From Gillisia sp. (GTDB lineage: Bacteria; Bacteroidota; Bacteroidia; Flavobacteriales; Flavobacteriaceae), in assembly GCA_041752645.1 (NCBI GenBank), contig JBGSWA010000021.1, forward strand, positions 62 through 64,061: a DNA stretch of 64,000 nt, given 5' to 3'. Positions 28,521 through 37,862 of this stretch are shown here, in pieces. The translations under genes and the position numbers were made by a program. How positions within the stretch are numbered: position 1 is the first letter of the stretch; every line of letters starts with the position of its first letter. Below the pieces are notes generated by a model, which did not search any database, was not told the origin of the DNA, and was given only the letters and a program-made list of their open reading frames with translations.

Positions 28521-29243
28521 ATGGAACCCAAGAAAAATCCAAAAGCCGATTTAACTAAAAGAAGTGTCCTTTTTCTCCAGATGGGTCTAATTTTAGTCCT
28601 TTTAATTTCCTACGTGGCAATTGAATGGAAAACTTATGAGAGAACAGCTTATGATGCCGGACAGCTTAATTTAGGAGAGCTTGAAGAAGAAGAAATTCCA
28701 ATTACAGAAATGTTAAATACCCCCCCACCCCCCCCACCTCCACCACCTGCGCCGGAAGTTATTGAAATAGTGGAAGATGAGGAGGAAGTGGAAGAAACAA
28801 TTATCGAATCTACGGAAACACATCAGGACGAAATCGTTGAGGTGCGGGAAGTTGTAGAAGCTCCTGTGGAAGAAGTAATTGCCGATGTGCCTTTTGCCGT
28901 TATTGAAAATGTGCCAATTTATCCGGGTTGTGAGAGCATGAAAAACAACGATCAGCGTAAAAAATGCATGAGTGAAAAAATAGATGAATTTGTAAGGAAG
29001 AAATTTAATGCAGATTTGGGAAGCCAACTTGGTTTAACTGGAATAAATAGGGTGATCGTACAGTTTAAGATCGATAAAAGCGGAAATGTTACCGATGTTC
29101 GTTCCCGTGCTCCCCATCCAAGATTAGAGCAGGAAGCGGCAAGGGTTATTAATTCCCTTCCAAAAATGCAACCGGGCAAACAACGTGGAAAACCAGTAGG
29201 AGTTATGTATTCCCTGCCAATTGTATTCCAGGTACAGGATTAA
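28521..29243 (+). CDS. Energy transducer TonB
   Basis: N-terminal TM anchor, polyproline (P9) and Glu-rich linker, C-terminal RVIVQFKIDKSGNV...PGKQRGKPVGVMYSLPI. Confidence 0.92.
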   Translation: MEPKKNPKADLTKRSVLFLQMGLILVLLISYVAIEWKTYERTAYDAGQLNLGELEEEEIPITEMLNTPPPPPPPPPAPEVIEIVEDEEEVEETIIESTETHQDEIVEVREVVEAPVEEVIADVPFAVIENVPIYPGCESMKNNDQRKKCMSEKIDEFVRKKFNADLGSQLGLTGINRVIVQFKIDKSGNVTDVRSRAPHPRLEQEAARVINSLPKMQPGKQRGKPVGVMYSLPIVFQVQD

Positions 29244-29375
29244 AACCGTTAAAATCATTATTTAAATTCCCAAATTGCAATGCAGTTTGGGAATTTTTCT
29301 TTTATTGACTTTATTTTGGAACAACAAAAAAATTGGTATCTTTCGGGTGTCTCAACCTATGACTTTTCCCCCTTT

Positions 29376-31478
29376 ATGAAGTATTTTGGATTCCTGCTTT
29401 TCTTTTGCTTTTCCTTAACCGTTTTGCCGCAGGATGATTTTTCGGATTTTGAGACGTATCCTGTTTTTTTAGAATGTCAGAATTCGGTTCATAGCCTGGA
29501 AGAAACCTGCTTTAAGAATACTCTGAAGCTGTTTGTAGCCGATAATTTCATCCTACCTCAAAAGGTTTCAGAAGAAAATTATAAAGGGGAAATGATGGTG
29601 CTTTTCGAGGTAACCAGCCAAGGTGATTTTGAGGTATTGTACACAGATGCTATTTATTCTGAATTAAATGACGAGATCAACCGTGTTTTTAATGAACTAC
29701 CTCGGATATCCCCCGCAACTTTCAATGGAAAACCGACCTTCGTTCAGTTTAGGATGCCGCTAAAGATTCCAATGGGCAACAGGGAGGCATTTCCTGTTGA
29801 AATTGAATCAATTGCCTTAAAAGATACAATTCAGGAAATTCCGCGTGTGCTGGAGGAATATGCGAAGATCGTTTCCAAACCTTTTCAAATAAGGGAAACC
29901 ACTAGTAATTTGAATATTCCCCTTTCTCATGAAAGATACAGCCGGTTTGATGCAGCAATAAATCGGATAGGGACCAACAGCCATACAGGGTCAAAACCAT
30001 TTTTATATGATGAGATCTCAAAATATTACGATTTTGACCTGGAACAGGAGCAAATGTCAAAAAACACCTCGTCCTGGTTGGGAAGAAAATTGTGGAATGA
30101 ACACCTGGTGACCTTTCAGGGTGATAATTACTGGTTTACTGGCGATGTGGATTTGGACCTGCAATTGGGAAAAGACTTTCAAAGCGATTTTGATCTCACC
30201 TACAACAATACCCGGGGAGCAATTTTTCAGGGTGGATTGGGAAAAAACTTAAATTTTTACACGGTTGTTTTTGAAAGCCAGGGCAGGTTTGCAGATTATT
30301 TTAACCGATATGCGGAGAGTATAAAACCTTATGGAGGAAATCCGGCCATAATTCCGGGCAGGGGAGTTGCTAAGGAGTTCATGGATAGCGGGTACGATTA
30401 TCCTGTTGCCGAAGGATACATTTCTTATAAGCCTTCTGAATTTTTTAATATCCAATTTGGTCACGGGAATAATTTTATAGGGGACGGATACCGCTCTTTA
30501 CTTTTAAGTGATAATGCGAGCCCGCATCCTTATTTAAAGTTCAATACGTCCTTTTGGAAATTAAAATACACAAATACCTGGAGCTCCCTGCGGGATGTGA
30601 GGGAAGAAGTTACTGACCAGGGTTCTTACCGAACCAAATATATGGCGAATCATTACCTGAGCCTTAATCTCACTAAACGCTTAAATATTGGTCTTTTCGA
30701 ATCCGTTATCTGGCAAAATGATAATGCCCGTGGTTTTGACGTTAATTTTCTCAATCCGGTGATCTTTTACAGGTCTATTGAGTTTTCTACCGGTGCCAGG
30801 GGAGGAAATGCACTATTAGGTTTAACAGGAAAATATAAATGGAGCGACCAGGTTAATTTGTATGGGCAGTGGATTATAGATGAATTTTCCACCTCAAAAA
30901 TATTTGGCGGGGAACAAAGTTGGAAAAACAAGCTTGGTTTCCAACTTGGAATTAAATATTTTAATGCCTTTAATGTGCCAAATCTCTATTTGCAGGTAGA
31001 ATACAATCAGGTCAGGCCTTATACCTATTCGCATAACTCGGTAGTGTTGAATTATGGCCATGCCAATCAGTCCATGGCTCACCTATGGGGGGCGAATTTC
31101 AGGGAATTCATTGCAATTGCAAGATACCGGCAGGGCAGGATTTTTGGGAGCGCAAAGATTATTATTGGAAAACGCGGGTTTGATTTCAACGATGGAGAAG
31201 ATGATGCCTATTACGGTGGGGATATTTACCGAAGTGAAAGAGATAGAGCATTAGAAATAGGGGTTAAAATAGGGCAGGGAAATACTACCACCTCCATTTT
31301 CTCTCAAGTTGAGGCTGGATACATTATAAACCCGGCCACTAACCTTAAATTATTCAGCAGTTTGATTTACCGTAATTTTGAACCGGAAGTAACTACCTCT
31401 CAAAATTTTAAAAATAATACGCTTTGGTTTAACATTGGCCTGCGAACCGATATATTTAACTGGTATTTTGATTATTAA
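29376..31478 (+). CDS. remB: RemB-like protein (N-terminal TonB-C-like domain plus beta-barrel-like domain)
   Basis: Follows tonB as in other flavobacteria; GYRSLLLSDNA, YLSLNLTKRLNIGLFESVIW, C-terminal aromatic residues (FNWYFDY). The ATG at 29376 gives a signal peptide; the track start at 29280 looks too early. Confidence 0.75.
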   Translation: MKYFGFLLFFCFSLTVLPQDDFSDFETYPVFLECQNSVHSLEETCFKNTLKLFVADNFILPQKVSEENYKGEMMVLFEVTSQGDFEVLYTDAIYSELNDEINRVFNELPRISPATFNGKPTFVQFRMPLKIPMGNREAFPVEIESIALKDTIQEIPRVLEEYAKIVSKPFQIRETTSNLNIPLSHERYSRFDAAINRIGTNSHTGSKPFLYDEISKYYDFDLEQEQMSKNTSSWLGRKLWNEHLVTFQGDNYWFTGDVDLDLQLGKDFQSDFDLTYNNTRGAIFQGGLGKNLNFYTVVFESQGRFADYFNRYAESIKPYGGNPAIIPGRGVAKEFMDSGYDYPVAEGYISYKPSEFFNIQFGHGNNFIGDGYRSLLLSDNASPHPYLKFNTSFWKLKYTNTWSSLRDVREEVTDQGSYRTKYMANHYLSLNLTKRLNIGLFESVIWQNDNARGFDVNFLNPVIFYRSIEFSTGARGGNALLGLTGKYKWSDQVNLYGQWIIDEFSTSKIFGGEQSWKNKLGFQLGIKYFNAFNVPNLYLQVEYNQVRPYTYSHNSVVLNYGHANQSMAHLWGANFREFIAIARYRQGRIFGSAKIIIGKRGFDFNDGEDDAYYGGDIYRSERDRALEIGVKIGQGNTTTSIFSQVEAGYIINPATNLKLFSSLIYRNFEPEVTTSQNFKNNTLWFNIGLRTDIFNWYFDY

Positions 31479-31575
31479 AATATTGGTAATGGATATGCAC
31501 ATAGAATTTGAAATGCTAAAAAATGTCTAACGAAAAGCAACCTTCAATTTTAATGGTGAACCGGGAGACTTTTCA

Positions 31576-31589
31576 TTGACTTTTATCAG
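31576..31589. promoter_or_regulatory. FNR/CRP-like box candidate (TTGAC-TTTT-ATCAG) upstream of cyoE
   Basis: 8/10 match to TTGAT-N4-ATCAA in an AT-rich intergenic region. Confidence 0.3.
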
Positions 31590-31768
31590 TTAAAAAAAAA
31601 TTGTTTTTAAAATTTCTTAAGGTTTTTTTCTGGTAGTTTATTAAAAATTATTTTGGACTTGAAATTCACGGATTTTTTCATGTTTTTAATTCCTATAATT
31701 TAACTAATTGGCCCTCTTGTGAAAACATAATTAAGGAGTATCTTCGCGCCAATAAAAAAATTGCTTTT

Positions 31769-32671
31769 TTGAGTACTACACAATTACATACTCCTTCAGT
31801 TTCAATCCTTTCAGATTTTAAAGAGATTACCAAAATGCGTTTGGCAATAAGCGTGGTTTTTTCATCGGTGGCCGGTTATTTTCTGGGTGCCGAAACTATA
31901 GATTTTGTTACGGTATTGTTGCTTGCCATAGGTGGGTATTTTATGGTGGGAGCATCCAACGCTTACAATCAGATAATTGAGCGGGATCTGGACATCCTGA
32001 TGCATCGTACCATGAACAGGCCCATTCCTGCAAAGAGAATGTCGGTTAAAACCGCGTTTATTATAGCCAGTACATTTACCCTGTTAGGACTGATCGTATT
32101 GTATATAATTAATCCAAAAACAGCCATGTTTGGCGCTATAAGTATTTTTATATACATTAGTATTTACACCCCTTTAAAAACCAATACGCCACTTTCTGTT
32201 TTTGTTGGAGCATTTCCCGGAGCAATCCCTTTTATGTTAGGATGGGTAGCCGCCACAAATCAGTTTAGTATTGAAGCAGGGACTTTGTTTATGATACAGT
32301 TCTTTTGGCAATTTCCTCATTTTTGGGCGATTGGATGGTGGTTGTACGACGATTATAAAAGGGGTGGGTTTTTTATGTTACCCACAGGTAAGCGGGATAA
32401 AGGAACGGCTGTACAGGTGGTGCTCTATACAATTTGGACCATAATGGTTTCCCTGATCCCTGCTTTTGGAGTGACCGGAAAACTATATTTAACTCCCGTT
32501 TCAGGGGTAATAATTCTGATCCTTGGGCTGGGAATGTTGTATTATGCCATTCAACTGTATAAGAACAGGGATGCCCAGTCTGCAAAAAAATTGATGTTTG
32601 CAAGTGTATCGTACATCACTTTGCTGCAAATAGTTTATGTTTTAGATAAATTTATAAGACAATGGATTTAA
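31769..32671 (+). CDS. cyoE: Protoheme IX farnesyltransferase (heme o synthase)
   Basis: YNQIIERDLDILMHRTMNRPIP, YTPLK, VGAFPGAIP, FFWQFPHFWAI, DDYKRGG; TTG start. Confidence 0.96.
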   Translation: MSTTQLHTPSVSILSDFKEITKMRLAISVVFSSVAGYFLGAETIDFVTVLLLAIGGYFMVGASNAYNQIIERDLDILMHRTMNRPIPAKRMSVKTAFIIASTFTLLGLIVLYIINPKTAMFGAISIFIYISIYTPLKTNTPLSVFVGAFPGAIPFMLGWVAATNQFSIEAGTLFMIQFFWQFPHFWAIGWWLYDDYKRGGFFMLPTGKRDKGTAVQVVLYTIWTIMVSLIPAFGVTGKLYLTPVSGVIILILGLGMLYYAIQLYKNRDAQSAKKLMFASVSYITLLQIVYVLDKFIRQWI

Positions 32672-33243
32672 CAGAAGGAACAAGGGATCAAAAATTAGCG
32701 CGTGCCAAAAAAATGATGCTTTGGTTTGGAATGGCAAGTATGATAATGATGTTTGCCGGATTGACCAGCGCATATGTAGTAAGTAAAAACCGTCCGGATT
32801 GGGGGTCTGATTTTCAACTTCCCGATGCAATGTATTGGAGCACAATGGTTATTGTTTTTAGCAGTATTAGCTTTTTTCTGGCAAAAAAAAGTATTACCAC
32901 AAATAAAAAAACCCGGGCAACTTCGTTTTTATTGCTCACTTTAATGCTTGGAATTGCATTTGTGGTATTGCAATTTGAGAGTTTCTCTGAAATAATCAAG
33001 GCTGGATATTACTTTACGGGAAGCGAAAGCAATATTACCACCAGCTTTATTTATATAGTGGTTTTGGCTCACCTCGCTCACCTTGCAGCGGGTTTGATAG
33101 TGCTCTTGGTCGTAATTTACAATCAATTAAAACACCGATATCACCCCGGACAAATCCTCGGAATGGAACTAGGTTCTACATTTTGGCATTTCCTGGATTT
33201 TCTTTGGGTTTATCTGTTTTTGTTTTTATATTTCTTTAGATAA
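32662..33243 (+). CDS. Cytochrome c oxidase subunit III (short, 5-TM type)
   Basis: KMMLWFGMAS, MFAGLTSAY, HLAHL, FWHFLDFLWVYLF. Confidence 0.9.
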   Translation: MDLTEGTRDQKLARAKKMMLWFGMASMIMMFAGLTSAYVVSKNRPDWGSDFQLPDAMYWSTMVIVFSSISFFLAKKSITTNKKTRATSFLLLTLMLGIAFVVLQFESFSEIIKAGYYFTGSESNITTSFIYIVVLAHLAHLAAGLIVLLVVIYNQLKHRYHPGQILGMELGSTFWHFLDFLWVYLFLFLYFFR

Positions 33244-33288
33244 TAAATTTGTGTATTTTTGAACCTCAATTAAATTCAATTTTTTTAT

Positions 33289-34269
33289 ATGGAAGCTACT
33301 GTTACTAAAACTGCCACCGAAGGTAAAACCTGGGGCGGGGGGAATGAGCCTTTAAAGGCAAGTTACGGTAAACTGATGATGTGGTTTTTTATCCTCTCGG
33401 ATGCGATCACTTTTTCAGGATTCCTGGCCGCTTATGGTTTTTCAAGATTTAAATTTATTGATTCCTGGCCTATAGCAGATCAGGTCTTTAATCACTTTCC
33501 ATTCTTACACGGGGTAGATGCTCCAATGTATTATGTTGCCTTTATGACTTTTATTCTTATATTTTCCTCTGTGACCATGGTATTGGCAGTAGATGCCGGG
33601 CATCATATGAAACAGGGGAAAGTGACTTTTTTTATGTTTCTTACCATTGTAGGAGGTTTAATCTTTGTGGGTTCACAGGCCTGGGAATGGAAAAATTTTA
33701 TACAAGGTGAATTTGGAGCGGTTACCACAAAGGGAGGAAACATTCTTCAATTTGTCAATCTGGAAGGGAAAAGAGTTGCTCTCTCGGATATAGCTGTATT
33801 TCAAGCATCCGAAAGAGCCCAACACTCAAGCAACAAGGGGGTTTGGTTTACCCAGGAGGCCACCTTGCCAACCTTTACTTTGGGCGAGGTGAAAGCCGGT
33901 TTTTTGGCTAACAGTTCTTTACTGATACGCACTCAGAGCCTGAGTGAAAATGGTGAAAAGACCATTTTAACCCGGGAAGAATCTTTGCAGAAATTAGACA
34001 AAGAAGCTGTCGGATTAGTTGAAGGAGCCAACTTAAAACACAATGAATACGGTGTTCCTTTATTTGCGGATTTCTTTTTCTTTATTACTGGATTCCACGG
34101 TTTCCACGTATTTTCGGGAGTTATCATCAATATCATTATCTTTTTCAACGTGATTATGGGGACTTATGAGCGAAGGGGAAATTACGAAATGGTGGAAAAA
34201 GTTGGGTTGTATTGGCACTTCGTGGATTTGGTTTGGGTATTTATATTTACCTTCTTTTACCTGGTATAA
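33289..34269 (+). CDS. Second cytochrome c oxidase subunit III-family protein with large periplasmic insert
   Basis: KLMMWFFILSD, SSVTMVLAV, FFFITGFHGFHV, GLYWHFVDLVWVFIF. Confidence 0.9.
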   Translation: MEATVTKTATEGKTWGGGNEPLKASYGKLMMWFFILSDAITFSGFLAAYGFSRFKFIDSWPIADQVFNHFPFLHGVDAPMYYVAFMTFILIFSSVTMVLAVDAGHHMKQGKVTFFMFLTIVGGLIFVGSQAWEWKNFIQGEFGAVTTKGGNILQFVNLEGKRVALSDIAVFQASERAQHSSNKGVWFTQEATLPTFTLGEVKAGFLANSSLLIRTQSLSENGEKTILTREESLQKLDKEAVGLVEGANLKHNEYGVPLFADFFFFITGFHGFHVFSGVIINIIIFFNVIMGTYERRGNYEMVEKVGLYWHFVDLVWVFIFTFFYLV

Positions 34270-34287
34270 TTCTGAAAAAAATATAAA

Positions 34288-34650
34288 ATGACACATACAA
34301 ATTTACATCAGCACAAGTCGAATACCAAAAGGATCTGGTACGTTTTTATCCTACTTTCGGTAGTGACAATTGTCGAGGTTTTCCTGGGGATTATTCGTCC
34401 GGAATTTTTGACACAAACCAACTTCCTAAGCATGAAATTGCTTAACTGGATCTTTATTATTTTAACTATTTACAAGGCGTATTACATCGCCTGGGCCTTT
34501 ATGCACCTTGAAGGAGAAACTAAAGGATTGCGAAGGGGGGTTGTTTGGACGGCGATTTTCTTAATAAGCTACCTAATGTTTATATTGTTGACAGAGGGAG
34601 ATTATATTTATGAGGATTTTAAAGGCAATAAGGTTTCCTGGGATTTTTAA
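34288..34650 (+). CDS. Cytochrome c oxidase subunit IV family
   Basis: 3 TM segments; LSVVTIVEV, KAYYIAWAFMHL motif. Confidence 0.87.
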   Translation: MTHTNLHQHKSNTKRIWYVFILLSVVTIVEVFLGIIRPEFLTQTNFLSMKLLNWIFIILTIYKAYYIAWAFMHLEGETKGLRRGVVWTAIFLISYLMFILLTEGDYIYEDFKGNKVSWDF

Positions 34651-34719
34651 AAGTTAACCCCCGGGAAAAACGTTTTTATAGAATGTTTTATTTTTGTACT
34701 CCCTAAAGAAGGAGGTTTT

Positions 34720-35364
34720 ATGAAGAAATTTTTAGTTCTTGCAGTATTGTTTTTACTGCCCATAGTTGCCTATTTGTTTTTTGCCTCCGGAGTGAATAAT
34801 TTTGGGAAACTTCCTGTACTTACAAAAAAGGTCTCGGAAATAGATCACCTGAACAACAGCGGGGATTCCTCCGTTTCTTTTCAGGATAAAATAAGTGTGG
34901 TCGCTTTCTTTGGAAAGGATCTGGATGCTTTAAAAGGCAACACCTACAATCTCGATCAAAAAATACTGGAGAAATTTTATAACTTCAATGATTTTCAATT
35001 TGTAATCATTCTGCCGGAAGGATCCAGAGCTCAGGCTCGGGAGTTTAGTGCTGAATTTGGCAATGTTACCAATTCCAATTACTGGAATTTTGTATATGGA
35101 ACTCCAGAGCAGATAGTGAATATTTTTGAGAGTTTTAAGACTAATATTCAGCTAGATGCCAATCTGCAAACCCCCTATGTTTTTATTATAGATAAGGATG
35201 CCAGTTTAAGGGGGCGCGATGACGATGAAGGTTCCGGAACCCTTTATGGATATGATTCGCGATCGGTTTCAGAATTAAATAACAAAATGAGTGACGATGT
35301 AAAGGTGATCCTTGCGGAATATCGCCTGGAATTAAAAAAATATAAAGCCTTGCGCGAGAATTAA
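34720..35364 (+). CDS. Membrane-anchored hypothetical protein, degenerate SCO/thioredoxin-fold paralogue lacking Cys
   Basis: Aligns by eye with the adjacent SCO (KKV...NxxGD...K..VV.FF; WNFxxG; F.ID.D...R.R) but contains no Cys. Confidence 0.75.
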   Translation: MKKFLVLAVLFLLPIVAYLFFASGVNNFGKLPVLTKKVSEIDHLNNSGDSSVSFQDKISVVAFFGKDLDALKGNTYNLDQKILEKFYNFNDFQFVIILPEGSRAQAREFSAEFGNVTNSNYWNFVYGTPEQIVNIFESFKTNIQLDANLQTPYVFIIDKDASLRGRDDDEGSGTLYGYDSRSVSELNNKMSDDVKVILAEYRLELKKYKALREN

Positions 35365-35366
35365 TT

Positions 35367-36092
35367 ATGAAGAACAAATCTTATATAGGCATCTCCTTGA
35401 TTATTTTGGTATTTGGAATTATTTTCATTCCTAAAATAATCGATAGGATTAGCAAAGGCAGCGTTGTGGAATCCGATAGGTTAAACATCGATAAAAAAGC
35501 TGAAGAAACACCGGAACTTGTATATATAACGCAATACGGAGCGCGTAAAAAGGTACCCGATTTTAAATTTGTAAATCAGGATGGAGACACCATCACAAAT
35601 AAAAACTATCTGGGTAAGGTATATGTTGTTGATTTCTTTTTTACTACCTGCCCGTCCATATGTCCAATTATGAACGAAAATCTTGTCGAAATTCAAAACC
35701 AATTAAATGGGAGGGAAAATTTTGGCATTGTCTCTATAACTATTGATCCCCAACACGATACACCTCAGGTTTTAAAGCAATATGCCGAAGAACATAAGGT
35801 TTTCAATCCCAATTGGAATTTTTTGACAGGAGACCGCAAAATCATTTATGATATGGCCAATCGCGGATTTGGTATTTTTGCAGAGGAGGATGAAACCGTA
35901 GAAGGCGGTTTTGCACATTCAGGATTGTTCGCTTTGATAGATCAGGACGGTTATGTGCGCTCCAGGGAGGATAAATTTGGAAATCCTATTATTTATTACA
36001 GAGGTTCAATTAAACCGGGTGCATCTCTTATTGAGGGAGAGGAAGCTCCTGAGATAGATATACTTATTGAAGATATTAAAAAACTTTTATAA
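35367..36092 (+). CDS. SCO1/SenC-family copper chaperone
   Basis: FFFTTCPSICP (CxxxC), DPQHDTP, AHSG (His ligand), N-terminal TM anchor. Confidence 0.95.
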   Translation: MKNKSYIGISLIILVFGIIFIPKIIDRISKGSVVESDRLNIDKKAEETPELVYITQYGARKKVPDFKFVNQDGDTITNKNYLGKVYVVDFFFTTCPSICPIMNENLVEIQNQLNGRENFGIVSITIDPQHDTPQVLKQYAEEHKVFNPNWNFLTGDRKIIYDMANRGFGIFAEEDETVEGGFAHSGLFALIDQDGYVRSREDKFGNPIIYYRGSIKPGASLIEGEEAPEIDILIEDIKKLL

Positions 36093-36094
36093 GA

Positions 36095-36628
36095 ATGGCT
36101 GGCGGAAAAAACGATAAAATTGCAGTTCCCATAATAGTTTCACTTTCTATTGTGGTGCCGGCTCTTGTATTAATTTTGATGTATTTACCTGCACGCATCA
36201 ATATTTTCGGAACGCAATCTGGTACTTTTCCACTTTTTCACGCCTTTTTGAACGGTTCAACCGCTTTGTTGCTTATGAGTGGTTATTTTTTTATGTCCAT
36301 AAAGGAATTTAAATGGCACCGCAATTTTATGATCGCCGCATTCGGGTTTTCCGCGGTGTTTTTAGTGAGCTATGTCATTTCAAAAATAAGTATAGCTCCG
36401 GTGCATTATGGGGGTGAAGGAACCATTAAGTATGTTTATTACTTTATTCTGATCACTCATATCCTGCTTTCGGCAATTATAGTCCCTCTGGTGCTTTTTA
36501 CTATGTACCGTGGTTTAACCGCCCAATATGACAAACATGCAAAAATAGCCCGATGGACCTTTCCAATATGGCTTTATGTAGCTATAACAGGGGTACTCGT
36601 GTATGTTTTTATGTTGCCCTATTATTAG
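36095..36628 (+). CDS. DUF420 family membrane protein
   Basis: HAFLNG, WHRNFM, FLVSYV, ILITHILLS, HAKIARWTFPIWLYVAITGV. Confidence 0.9.
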   Translation: MAGGKNDKIAVPIIVSLSIVVPALVLILMYLPARINIFGTQSGTFPLFHAFLNGSTALLLMSGYFFMSIKEFKWHRNFMIAAFGFSAVFLVSYVISKISIAPVHYGGEGTIKYVYYFILITHILLSAIIVPLVLFTMYRGLTAQYDKHAKIARWTFPIWLYVAITGVLVYVFMLPYY

Positions 36629-36802
36629 TTTCGAAGATGTGAGCCTAAAGTCTGAAATATTAGGGGTTAAAATTTTTTCCTCAAACCTCACCTTTTAAAT
36701 TTGATATTAATTTGTTTTTGGCATTTTTGGCACTCAGAATTTTATGAACTGATAAGGAAGTATTAAATTTGACAGATCCAAACCCCTTAAAATAAAATAG
36801 AA

Positions 36803-37030
36803 ATGAAACTCCGGATGATCTTTCTGGCATTTGTGTTTTTAATGTTGCCTTTTCTGTCCCAGGCACAGTGCGCTATGTGCCGTGCAGTATTGGAAAGCTC
36901 AGAAAATCAGTCTATTGCCCAGGGAATTAATGACGGGATCATTTACCTGATGATCTTTCCTTACCTGGCTATTGGCGGAATTGGGTTTTTTATTTATCGT
37001 TCCTATAAAAAAAATAAATCTTCCCAATAG
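36803..37030 (+). CDS. Small hypothetical membrane protein with CAMC motif
   Basis: Signal peptide ending SQA, then QCAMC, then GINDGIIYLM, a TM helix and a basic tail. TAAATTTG promoter box at 36764-36771. Confidence 0.8.
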   Translation: MKLRMIFLAFVFLMLPFLSQAQCAMCRAVLESSENQSIAQGINDGIIYLMIFPYLAIGGIGFFIYRSYKKNKSSQ

Positions 37031-37075
37031 TTCTTAACCTCTTGTTAATTTTAACATTTTTCTAACAGGCAAAAA

Positions 37076-37102
37076 TGTAACAATTTTATCTGTTCAGGGT
37101 CT
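37076..37102 (+). promoter_or_regulatory. ECF-sigma-like promoter candidate (TGTAAC-N17-GTCT) of the ABC cluster
   Basis: Same architecture as 41527-41553; no TAnnTTTG box seen in this intergenic region. Confidence 0.45.
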
Positions 37103-37163
37103 TATTGAAGAGTCCCCAGTATAATTTCTTATATTTAAACCAGACAAATTTAATATTTATAAT

Positions 37164-37862
37164 ATGATTGAAATTAAAAACCTGCACAAATCATATACGA
37201 TGGGAAACAATTCCCTGCACGTATTAAAGGGACTTGATTTTAATGTTGCCCAAGGGGAATTGGTTTCAATTATGGGTTCCTCGGGATCTGGTAAATCCAC
37301 TTTGCTCAATATATTAGGAATGCTAGACGAAGCCGATGAGGGAACTTATGCTCTAGATGGAGTGCCAATAAAAAACCTGAATGAAAAGATCGCTGCCAGG
37401 TACCGCAATAAATTTTTAGGTTTTATCTTTCAGTCTTTTAATCTTATCTCCTACAAAAGCGCACTGGATAATGTGGCTTTACCGCTGTACTATCAAGGCG
37501 TACATCGCAAGGAACGATTGGATATCGCGATGAGTTACCTGGAAAAGGTGGGGCTGTCAAATTGGGCGGGACATTTGCCCAACGAACTTTCCGGCGGACA
37601 AAAACAACGTGTGGCTATTGCCCGAGCCCTGGCTTCCAATCCAAAAGTACTTCTGGCAGATGAGCCAACCGGAGCCCTGGATTCACAAACTTCAAATGAA
37701 GTAATGGATTTGATCCAGGGGATAAATGATGAAGGGCGTACTATTTTAATAGTGACACACGAGCACGATATTGCACAAATGACCAAAAGAATTGTCACTC
37801 TCAAGGACGGTGTGATTACAGATGATACCAGAGTAAACCAGGTAAGGGTAAGCTATGTTTGA
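37164..37862 (+). CDS. ABC transporter ATP-binding protein (MacB/LolD type)
   Basis: [38 protein letters not shown]. Confidence 0.95.
   Translation: MIEIKNLHKSYTMGNNSLHVLKGLDFNVAQGELVSIMGSSGSGKSTLLNILGMLDEADEGTYALDGVPIKNLNEKIAARYRNKFLGFIFQSFNLISYKSALDNVALPLYYQGVHRKERLDIAMSYLEKVGLSNWAGHLPNELSGGQKQRVAIARALASNPKVLLADEPTGALDSQTSNEVMDLIQGINDEGRTILIVTHEHDIAQMTKRIVTLKDGVITDDTRVNQVRVSYV

Noticed and set aside
28720-28735. C7 and C8 homopolymer tracts in tonB as a phase-variation switch
   Set aside because: The tracts encode the normal polyproline linker, are short, and the frame is intact.
32662-34269. Two subunit III ORFs as a frameshifted single gene
   Set aside because: Each has its own start, stop and full C-terminal WHFxD motif, and TAnnTTTG boxes lie between them (33244-33261). 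They are paralogues.
36660-36792. Possible MITE bounded by taggggtt / aaccccttaa
   Set aside because: Only about 8-9 imperfect bp, no target duplication and no second copy in the window.
36803-37030. CAMC as a heme c attachment site
   Set aside because: The motif is CxxCR, lacking the obligatory His.
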